Positions 18,948 to 27,295 of a DNA stretch of 64,000 nt are shown here, piece by piece (within the stretch, counting starts at the first letter, position 1; every line of letters begins with the position of its first letter). Source of the stretch: a virus (taxonomy: Duplodnaviria > Caudoviricetes); IMG/VR virus record IMGVR_UViG_3300021431_000075, positions 1 through 64,000 of that record; one strand, given 5' to 3'. The position numbers and the translations under genes were made by a program. The notes under the pieces were generated by a model that searched no databases, was not told where the DNA came from, and was given only the letters and a program-made list of their open reading frames with translations.

Positions 18948-20642
18948 ATGAAGATTGTAACTTTTCTGGATATGAAAGAATTAGAGACAGAATCAGGGCT
19001 ATTAGACACTGTTGAAACGGACGAAGTGAACGATTCGACAGAAAATTATGCATACAAGCATAACATAACGCTGTATCTCAATTACAATACAAACGGTTTT
19101 TATTATCCGGATTTGCATAAATCGTTCGACACACAACGAACGATAACTATGGATTATTTGCCTGCAGACATCGACGGCATTTCAACAATTCTGTCAAAAA
19201 GCGCTTTCATAGACAAGTTCAAAAAACCGGAAATTGCAAACGAATATTTCACAATCCGCATTGAGTTCAGTTCAGACTACATGGTTCTTGACGACTTGTG
19301 CAAACTTGTTCAGCTATTGAGCACCAAACAGTTGTTGTCAATAACAAACCAGTACCAAGATGAAATCAAATGGAAAGCAAGTCTCATTAAAAATGAATAT
19401 CATTCATATGATATAGTTATCTTGCAAGAAGAAGTTCTCATAAATTTCTTCCGACGCTATTTTCCGGAAGCAAGCGACATCGAGATTATCAGATGCTTCG
19501 CGCTCAATTGCATCAAGTACAACAATGTGGTACCGTTCAACCCATATGAACACCAATGGTATGCAATAAAGACCAACAAAAGGGCAAACTTCATAAACGC
19601 CCGCGGTCAGTTCTTTTCAGACACTTGGTTCTTGGACGCGCACAAGTTCAGCGAAGGCTTTGCAGAAGTCAAGTTGAATTCAAACGAATGGAACTACATA
19701 GACGAATTTGGGAATATATTGAGAACAGACATGAACTTCCAGATTGTCGGACGGTTCAAAGACGGTCTCGCGATAGTCCACAACAAAGAACTGAATTGCA
19801 ACTTCATAGACAAAGATGGGAAGTTCCTGTTTGATGAGTGGTTCTTATCTCTTGAGCATTTTAGCGACGGATACGCGCTTGTGAAAAAGATATTTCATGA
19901 TGCAAAATTAGACAAAGGCAACGGCGTTTTTGCAAATTTCATAAACAAAAATGGTTCTCTGTTATTAAAAAACTGGTATGCGGACATTGATTTCGAAACA
20001 TTCATTAACGGTTATTCGATTGTACAGAACGAATTCGGAGTCAATGTAATGGACAAAAACGGTTCATTCATCCTGCCCATCTGGTACTCCGGAATATCAG
20101 AATTCCATGACGGTTATGCGCTTGTAATGAAATATATTAATGTCACCCACGGCTTCTATATTTATAACTACATAGACACGAAAGGAAACTTGCTTCTGGA
20201 AAAATGGAGAAAGTCTGCTCATATCTTTTCTGACGGAGTTGCGGCAGTTACCGGCTCTTACGAAGAAGAAAGTGATGGATATATGTTCATAGACACGAAC
20301 GGATACTACATATCCAAAGACTCATGGCTTGAAATCGTAGACGACTTCCATAACGGCATCGCGATTGTCAGAGGCAAAGACAACCTCATGCACTACATCG
20401 GCAAGGATGGAAAGGACCTGTTTCCTAACAGGCGCTTCAAGAATTGCGAAAGGTTCATCAGAGGCATCGCGAAAGTCGAGAACGAGGATGGCAAAATCAA
20501 CTTCATCAATAACAGAAACAAGCTGTTGCTTTCATCTTGGATTCACAAGCAAACTCCTGTGGTCATCAAGGACAACACAGTCTTTTTCCAGAAAACTGGT
20601 GTCCGGATAGACTATGATGGAAACATCATAGTCAACATATAA
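18948..20642 (+). CDS. WG/KWG beta-repeat protein (array member 2)
   Basis: Leader GLLDTVETDEV; WG repeats; start may be 18972. Confidence 0.85.
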   Translation: MKIVTFLDMKELETESGLLDTVETDEVNDSTENYAYKHNITLYLNYNTNGFYYPDLHKSFDTQRTITMDYLPADIDGISTILSKSAFIDKFKKPEIANEYFTIRIEFSSDYMVLDDLCKLVQLLSTKQLLSITNQYQDEIKWKASLIKNEYHSYDIVILQEEVLINFFRRYFPEASDIEIIRCFALNCIKYNNVVPFNPYEHQWYAIKTNKRANFINARGQFFSDTWFLDAHKFSEGFAEVKLNSNEWNYIDEFGNILRTDMNFQIVGRFKDGLAIVHNKELNCNFIDKDGKFLFDEWFLSLEHFSDGYALVKKIFHDAKLDKGNGVFANFINKNGSLLLKNWYADIDFETFINGYSIVQNEFGVNVMDKNGSFILPIWYSGISEFHDGYALVMKYINVTHGFYIYNYIDTKGNLLLEKWRKSAHIFSDGVAAVTGSYEEESDGYMFIDTNGYYISKDSWLEIVDDFHNGIAIVRGKDNLMHYIGKDGKDLFPNRRFKNCERFIRGIAKVENEDGKINFINNRNKLLLSSWIHKQTPVVIKDNTVFFQKTGVRIDYDGNIIVNI

Positions 20643-20651
20643 TGAAGCCTT

Positions 20652-22319
20652 ATGCAAATGCAAAACAATAATTCAAAGAACATTCTTGACAGCATCATGC
20701 CGGATGAAGTGGAAGATAGCGATTATCTTGAAGGGTACAAGACAATCGCCATCTATTCTATCAACTGCGACATGGCTGACCGCATCGTTCCAATCCTGTC
20801 AAGAAGCAACTTCATAGACAAGTTCAAGCAACCGGAAATAATGCAGAACAACTGCGACGAAATCTGCATCCACTTCATTCAAAACAGCAATGCAAGTATT
20901 GAAGACTTATGCAAGATGATTCAAGCAATCCATATGAAAACGAATCACGAGTGGATGTGGATGAGTTTTGAAAAATGCACGCTTCATTATAAATTGAACT
21001 TCAAAGATTCAGAAGATGACAACAACAAGAATTACGAAGACACCGCATATGACATCACGATTGTCCAGAAAAACGATTTTATGAACTTTTTCAAGAAATT
21101 CTTTCCAGACATTCCAGAAAAAGAGATTCTTAAGACATTCATCCGTTCATGTTTCAAGTACAATAATGCTGCAGACGATTTCTCGCCAGAACACAAATGG
21201 TTCACAATCAAAATCGTTATAAGCATAAAAGATGATGAAATAAACATAAATGATGAAGAAAACTTCATAAACAGAGATGGTGATTTCCTGTTCAACGACA
21301 ACCGGACGATCTTCTCAATCGGCAGGTTCCATGACGGATATGCGAAACTTTTTCTGGAAAACGCATTTTGCTATATTGACGAGAACGGCAAATCCCTTGA
21401 ATATGTCAAGAAGAACGACAAATGTCTTGAGTATATCAACTGTTGTCCGGATCAACGATTCAAGAACGGTTATGCAAAAGTCACAAACCAATATACAAAC
21501 CAAAATTCTGCAAAGTACAACTTCATCAACACAAAAGGCGAAATCATTCTTGACAAATGGTACGACAAACTCGATGAAATCAAGGACGGCACTGTTCTTG
21601 CAACAGAGAACAACCGCCAGAATCTGATAGACATCACCGGCAACAGAAAGTTTCCGGAACTGCCACCTGACTACGAATATGCAAGCCGTTTCATAAACGG
21701 GTTCGCAATAATCAGGACAATATCCGGGCTTCTGCGATACAACATTATAGATGAATACGGAAAGCTTGTTTCTGACGAATGGTTCTATTTATGCAACAAC
21801 TTCTTTGACGGCTGGGCTGTCGTCATGACTTCAAACGAAAAATACAATTACATTGACACAAACGGTTGTTTCATGTTTAAAAACGGACGCTGGATGTGCC
21901 ATAACTTCTGTAGCGGTTATGCTGTCGTATCGGACATCAATAGTATGTACTCGTATAACATCATAGACACGTCTGGAAACGAAATCTCAAAATTTTCATT
22001 TCTGGAAGTCGGAAATCTCAACAACGGTTTCGCTATCGTCAAGAAATCAAGAAATGAATACAACTTCATAGGAATCGACGGAAACCTAATCTCTCCGGAC
22101 AAATGGTTTTCTGAATGCAAAAACTTCATTAACGGCATCGCTCGGGTCGAATCGGAAGATTATCCAAACAAGTTCAATTTCATCGACAAGAAAGGAACAA
22201 TCTTGCTTCCGGAATGGATTGACATCACCGAGCCATTCAAGATAGAAAACAACCTGATTATCTTCAAGAAATTAAACCAGTGCTATGACCTTGAAGGAAA
22301 CTTCATTTCACTAATCTAA
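20652..22319 (+). CDS. WG/KWG beta-repeat protein (array member 3)
   Basis: Leader NILDSIMPDEV; closest to member 1 (FSPE.KWFTIKI, RKFPEL). Confidence 0.85.
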   Translation: MQMQNNNSKNILDSIMPDEVEDSDYLEGYKTIAIYSINCDMADRIVPILSRSNFIDKFKQPEIMQNNCDEICIHFIQNSNASIEDLCKMIQAIHMKTNHEWMWMSFEKCTLHYKLNFKDSEDDNNKNYEDTAYDITIVQKNDFMNFFKKFFPDIPEKEILKTFIRSCFKYNNAADDFSPEHKWFTIKIVISIKDDEININDEENFINRDGDFLFNDNRTIFSIGRFHDGYAKLFLENAFCYIDENGKSLEYVKKNDKCLEYINCCPDQRFKNGYAKVTNQYTNQNSAKYNFINTKGEIILDKWYDKLDEIKDGTVLATENNRQNLIDITGNRKFPELPPDYEYASRFINGFAIIRTISGLLRYNIIDEYGKLVSDEWFYLCNNFFDGWAVVMTSNEKYNYIDTNGCFMFKNGRWMCHNFCSGYAVVSDINSMYSYNIIDTSGNEISKFSFLEVGNLNNGFAIVKKSRNEYNFIGIDGNLISPDKWFSECKNFINGIARVESEDYPNKFNFIDKKGTILLPEWIDITEPFKIENNLIIFKKLNQCYDLEGNFISLI

Positions 22320-22393
22320 TTTTGATTTTCTAACCATTGAACAGCATCCGGAACTGACGCGGATGACGATGCTGTAGAAATAACGTCTAACAA

Positions 22394-22410
22394 AATAAAT
22401 ATCTTATAAT
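22394..22410 (+). promoter_or_regulatory. Phage promoter AATAAATATCTTATAAT
   Basis: Exact extended motif; following bases ACATAAAC also shared with the 17146 site. Confidence 0.8.
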
Positions 22411-22440
22411 ACATAAACGTCTTGCATCAAAACAGTCCAA

Positions 22441-23997
22441 ATGAAAAAACGTCTCTCAGAGAGCATTCTTGCCGACATAGACCCGGACGAAGTTACCGAC
22501 AAGGAAGATTCAGCGGCAATAACCCTGCTTTTCACGTACACTACAATCGTCAGTCCGAACATCGTTGATTTCTTTGCAGACTGCCTGTCGAGATGCAAGT
22601 TCATCGACAAATTCGCCAAGCCCGAACTGCTTCCATACCACAAGCAAGTCAGACTCTCGTTCATTTCAGAACACATGACTCTGGAGAACCTGTGCATGCT
22701 GTACCACCTGACTCAAATCCCTGATTTGGAATATAATATCACGACCGACGGCGGCTTGATTCTCGACAGGGCAATCGTCAACCCGTTCAACACATTCAGA
22801 TTAAGCGGAAGAGACATATTCATATTCGATGAAAAGCAGTTCTTTGATTTCTTCAGATACTACTTCCCGGATGCATCAGAAACAGAGATTATCAAGGAAT
22901 TCATAAGAGCGTATTCAAGATACCAAGACACCGAAACTCCAAGAAACCGAGACAAAGTCTATTCCATAAAGTTTTCAACAAACAAGGCGAACATCGCAGA
23001 CCGGAACGGAAACATCATCCTGAACGAGTGGATGAATGACGTGACCATGTTCAGCGAGGGATACGCAATGATACAGAGAAGCGACAATAAGTGGAACTTT
23101 GTTGACAAAAACGGCAACATTCTTTCACCCGACAAATGGTTCAACAGTGTCCTGAATTTCAGTGACGGGCTTGCAATCGTCACAAATGACAACGGCTCCC
23201 AGAATTTCATAAAGACGAACGGAAAGTTCCTGTTCAGGAAATGGTACAAATCAGTCAATAACTTCAGCGAAGGATACTGCATCGCAAAAAACGCCAATGG
23301 CAAATACAACTTCTTGGACAAGACCGGAAAACCTCTGCTCAAAGAATGGATTCCATACGAGTGCTCCAGTTTAAAGAACGGATACGCTATCGTCATGAAC
23401 GCTGGATGCCAATACAACATAATAGACAGAAACGGCAAACTTGTCCTGAAAAACTGGTTTGACTACATATCAGATGTCAACGACGGATTTGCCGTGGTCG
23501 AATTCGACTCGGACCAGAACTTTGTTGACATGAACGGTCGCTACATATCCGAAAACTGGTGGGCTGACTGCTACGACTTCCATGAAGGCTATGCGGTCGT
23601 CAAGGATGATATGGGGCGTTGGAACTTCATAGGAACAGACGGGAAACTCTTGTTTCCGAACATGCAATTCAACCAATGCAGCGACTTCTGCGAGGGATTC
23701 GCAATCGTCCAAGACAACAACAGGTCATACCACTACATAGACAAGAAGAAGAATGTCATCTCGCTGAGCAAGAAGCCGTTCGAAGCGGGTTTCTCGAAGT
23801 GCGAGCCTTTCAAGGACGGCATCGCGAAAGTGTTCAGAAAAGACGGCTGTTTCAACTTCATCAACAAGAAAGGAACACTGATTTTCAACAACTGGCTTAA
23901 CGAATACACGCAAGTCATTGTTGATGACGGCATGTTCATTTTCAAGAAAACTGGCTCATGCACCGATTTGGAAGGAAACCTGATTTCTATAATTTAA
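22441..23997 (+). CDS. WG/KWG beta-repeat protein (array member 4)
   Basis: Leader LSESILADIDPDEV; WG repeats. Confidence 0.85.
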   Translation: MKKRLSESILADIDPDEVTDKEDSAAITLLFTYTTIVSPNIVDFFADCLSRCKFIDKFAKPELLPYHKQVRLSFISEHMTLENLCMLYHLTQIPDLEYNITTDGGLILDRAIVNPFNTFRLSGRDIFIFDEKQFFDFFRYYFPDASETEIIKEFIRAYSRYQDTETPRNRDKVYSIKFSTNKANIADRNGNIILNEWMNDVTMFSEGYAMIQRSDNKWNFVDKNGNILSPDKWFNSVLNFSDGLAIVTNDNGSQNFIKTNGKFLFRKWYKSVNNFSEGYCIAKNANGKYNFLDKTGKPLLKEWIPYECSSLKNGYAIVMNAGCQYNIIDRNGKLVLKNWFDYISDVNDGFAVVEFDSDQNFVDMNGRYISENWWADCYDFHEGYAVVKDDMGRWNFIGTDGKLLFPNMQFNQCSDFCEGFAIVQDNNRSYHYIDKKKNVISLSKKPFEAGFSKCEPFKDGIAKVFRKDGCFNFINKKGTLIFNNWLNEYTQVIVDDGMFIFKKTGSCTDLEGNLISII

Positions 23998-24040
23998 TGT
24001 TTTTTAACTTTAACTATTTTCCATTTCCAAGTTTTTGGAC

Positions 24041-24048
24041 TATATTTG
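24041..24048 (+). promoter_or_regulatory. Bacteroidota-type -7 promoter element (TATATTTG)
   Basis: TAnnTTTG 24 nt before ATG. Confidence 0.55.
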
Positions 24049-24071
24049 CATCTGCTTAATCCTATCGTGAA

Positions 24072-25640
24072 ATGGAAACAAAAACAGGAAAGCTTCTTGA
24101 TACTGTAGAAGCCGACGAGGTTGTTGATATCGAAAGCAATAAACCGAAATTCAAAATAATCTTGACTGTCCAGTACTTCAGAACTATAGATTCGGTCATC
24201 ATAGTTCACATGGAAGACTGTCTTTCAAGATGCAGATTCATAGACAGTTTCGTCAAACCTGTAATAATTGACAACTATAGCATCAGATTCTCGTTCGTTT
24301 CGGAGAATATGGAGCTTTCAGACTTGTGCGACCTTATCCAGATAATCCAGATTAAACACTTTCCATGCAGAATCACAAACGAAGCATACAAGACTTTATT
24401 CAATGTTCTGTACAATGAATCAAATCAATTCTATCCCGGTTATGACATAAACATCACTTCCGACGCGGCAGTGTCTCATTTCCTGTCATTCATCATGCAT
24501 TATTTTCCAGACACAAACGAAAACGAGATATATAGCATGTTCATTCGCTCGTTTGCAAGATTCACAGACGATGACATATACAGCAATCGTGACAAATTGT
24601 ACACAATATCTCTTGCCAACTCAAGAGCAAATGCCGCTGACAAGAACGGAAACTTCATCATGAAAGAATGGACAAAGGATATCCGCAGTTTCGACGAAGG
24701 CTTCGCGCCCGTCCAGAGAGAAGATGAAAAATGGAACTTCATAAACACGCGCGGCAAGTTATTGAGTCCGGACAGATGGTTCTTCAACGTGTTCACTTTC
24801 AAGGACGGTCTTGCTATCATAGCAGAAGATGATGACAGATACAACTTCATAAAGACAGACGGCACTTTCCTGCTTGACACATGGTACAAGTACATTCAGC
24901 AGTTCAGCGAAGGCTATGCAGCAGTATGCAATAAAAAGAACCAGCACAACTACATAGACAAAGAAGGCAATCTCCTGTTCAAAGACTGGCTGGACTACTG
25001 TGAATGCGGAAACTTCACAAACGGCTTTGCCATCGTATCAAAACAGAACTGCACAAGCAACCTGATCGACAAGTCCGGAAAACTTGTTTCAAAATTCTGG
25101 TTCTCAGACTGCAACAACTTCACAGAAGAAGGTTTTGCAGTCGTTGAAAGAAACTTCAACTACAATTTCATCGACAAGAAAGGAAATCTCCTGTCGCCGT
25201 ACTGGTTCGACATTTGCCATGACTTCCACGAAGGCTATGCCGCTGTCAAGAGCGGCGAACAATGGAACTTCATAGACACGAAAGGAAACAAGATTTTCAA
25301 GAACTTCTCAATAGACAACGGATGCAAAGACTTCTCCGAAGGCTTTGCCATCGTCAAGAGCAAGAACAACAAGTTTCACTTCATCAACAAGAATGCAAAA
25401 CTACTCTCGCTGTGCAAGAAACCACTGGAAGGATTCACAGAGTGCGAGCCGTTCAAGAACGGAATCGCGAAAGTTTTCAACGACAAAGACGAATTCAACT
25501 TCATCAACAAGAAAGGAAGACTGATTTTCAAAAACTGGTTCAACAAATACACACAGGTCATTGTTGAGAACGACATGTTCATTTTCAAGAAATCGGGTTC
25601 GAGAACAGATCTTGAAGGAAACTTTGTTTCCTTTATTTAA
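24072..25640 (+). CDS. WG/KWG beta-repeat protein (array member 5)
   Basis: Leader KLLDTVEADEV; close paralog of members 4 and 6. Confidence 0.85.
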   Translation: METKTGKLLDTVEADEVVDIESNKPKFKIILTVQYFRTIDSVIIVHMEDCLSRCRFIDSFVKPVIIDNYSIRFSFVSENMELSDLCDLIQIIQIKHFPCRITNEAYKTLFNVLYNESNQFYPGYDINITSDAAVSHFLSFIMHYFPDTNENEIYSMFIRSFARFTDDDIYSNRDKLYTISLANSRANAADKNGNFIMKEWTKDIRSFDEGFAPVQREDEKWNFINTRGKLLSPDRWFFNVFTFKDGLAIIAEDDDRYNFIKTDGTFLLDTWYKYIQQFSEGYAAVCNKKNQHNYIDKEGNLLFKDWLDYCECGNFTNGFAIVSKQNCTSNLIDKSGKLVSKFWFSDCNNFTEEGFAVVERNFNYNFIDKKGNLLSPYWFDICHDFHEGYAAVKSGEQWNFIDTKGNKIFKNFSIDNGCKDFSEGFAIVKSKNNKFHFINKNAKLLSLCKKPLEGFTECEPFKNGIAKVFNDKDEFNFINKKGRLIFKNWFNKYTQVIVENDMFIFKKSGSRTDLEGNFVSFI

Positions 25641-25684
25641 CTTTTTTTAAAATTATTTTTCTTGTCGTCAAACATAATTTTCAT

Positions 25685-25692
25685 TATCTTTG
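25685..25692 (+). promoter_or_regulatory. Bacteroidota-type -7 promoter element (TATCTTTG)
   Basis: TAnnTTTG with TTG about 20 nt upstream. Confidence 0.65.
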
Positions 25693-25713
25693 CATCAGCA
25701 AAATGAGATTTAT

Positions 25714-27282
25714 ATGCAAGAAACCAGAACGCTTCTTGATGATGTCCATGTTGACGAAGTCAGCGACGACATAACAACCGAATCCGAGAACTGGATAACA
25801 CTGTCTGCCACAATACCCTATTATGGCAGCGACTCTCTAATTTGTCTTATTCCATTCTTAACGAAGCAACTGTCAAGATGCAAGTTCATAGACGAGTTCA
25901 AGGAACCTGAAATCACATCCAGCATCCTGAACAAGAAACTGACAATCTCGTTCACGACAGAGCATATGACTCTCTCGGACTTATGCGACCTGATTCACCT
26001 GATTAAAATTCCAAACATCAATTTCACGAATGAAGCGAACCAAATCATCATTTGCTACTACAAGGACTCCTCGACACATTCCATACATGACATAATCATC
26101 GGGGGCCAATCATTGAACACGTTCATACCGTTCTTCAACTATTTCTTTCCGGATGCAACAGAGAACGAGATATACAGCGCGTTCATCAGGTCATATGCAA
26201 GAATCCATGACGCCGACATCATAACAGACCGGAACAAGACATACGTCTTATATGCCACACAAAAGGCAATCGCAGCAGACAAGAACGGGAACTTCATCAC
26301 GGACACTTGGTTCCATGACATCAAATGCTTCAGAGAAGGCTTTGCAGCAGTCCAGAGAACAGACCTGAGATGGAACTTCATAAACACCCACGGCAAGTTA
26401 TTGAGTCCTGACAAATGGTTCTTAAGAGTCACAGATTTCGAGAACGGACTTGCAATCGTCACAGATGATACAACCGGCAACGATAACTTTATCAAGCCGG
26501 ACGGCTCGTTCCTGCTCGACAAATGGCAAAATTTCTTATCTCCGTTCAGCGAAGGCTATGCTTGCATCGTAAACGAGAACAACCTTCAGAACTTCATCGA
26601 CATGCACGGCAATGTCCTGTTCAAAAAATGGAACAATTATGAATACGAACCTTTTGTGAACGGTTTCTCTATCATATCGAACAAAAGCAGCGCGCAAAAA
26701 AACCTGATTGACATGACAGGAAAACTCGTCTCGGAAACTTGGTTCTATAAATGCAGCAACTTCACGAAAGAAGGCTTTGCCGCCGTTGCAACCGATAAAT
26801 TCAGTTATAACTTCATAGACAGGAACGGAAACTTTCTGTCAAAAACATCTTTTGATGCTTGCAGGGACTTCTGCGAAGGCTATGCAGCAGTCAATGATGC
26901 CGGCAGATGGAACTTCATCGACACGAATGGAAAGAAGATTTTCAAGACATTCGAGTTCATTAATTGCAAAGACTTCAGTGAGAGTTTCGCAATCGTCGAG
27001 ACACTGAAGCATACATATCTGTTCATCAACAGCAAAGAGAAGTTTCTCTCATTGACACGCCATCCGATCCACGGTTTTGCAATGTGCGAGCCTTTCAAGA
27101 ACGGCATTGCAAAAGTCTATGACAAAGACAAGCAGTTCAACTTCATCAACAAGAAAGGAAAACTGATTTTCAAGAACTGGATTAACAGGTATGAACAGGT
27201 CATTGTTGCCGAAGACATGTTCATATTCAAGAGAAGCGGATTGTGTGTCGATTTTAAAGGAAACATGATATCGACAATTTAA
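25714..27282 (+). CDS. WG/KWG beta-repeat protein (array member 6)
   Basis: Start moved to ATG 25714; leader TLLDDVHVDEV. Confidence 0.85.
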   Translation: MQETRTLLDDVHVDEVSDDITTESENWITLSATIPYYGSDSLICLIPFLTKQLSRCKFIDEFKEPEITSSILNKKLTISFTTEHMTLSDLCDLIHLIKIPNINFTNEANQIIICYYKDSSTHSIHDIIIGGQSLNTFIPFFNYFFPDATENEIYSAFIRSYARIHDADIITDRNKTYVLYATQKAIAADKNGNFITDTWFHDIKCFREGFAAVQRTDLRWNFINTHGKLLSPDKWFLRVTDFENGLAIVTDDTTGNDNFIKPDGSFLLDKWQNFLSPFSEGYACIVNENNLQNFIDMHGNVLFKKWNNYEYEPFVNGFSIISNKSSAQKNLIDMTGKLVSETWFYKCSNFTKEGFAAVATDKFSYNFIDRNGNFLSKTSFDACRDFCEGYAAVNDAGRWNFIDTNGKKIFKTFEFINCKDFSESFAIVETLKHTYLFINSKEKFLSLTRHPIHGFAMCEPFKNGIAKVYDKDKQFNFINKKGKLIFKNWINRYEQVIVAEDMFIFKRSGLCVDFKGNMISTI

Positions 27283-27295
27283 TAGCCGTTCTCAA

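Noticed and set aside
22342-22376. Imperfect hairpin acagcatc...gatgctgt between WG genes
   Set aside because: No U-tract and single occurrence; too weak to call
17195-27282. Diversity-generating retroelement acting on the WG paralogs
   Set aside because: No reverse transcriptase in the window, no near-identical template/variable repeat pair, and differences between the paralogs inspected are not adenine-specific
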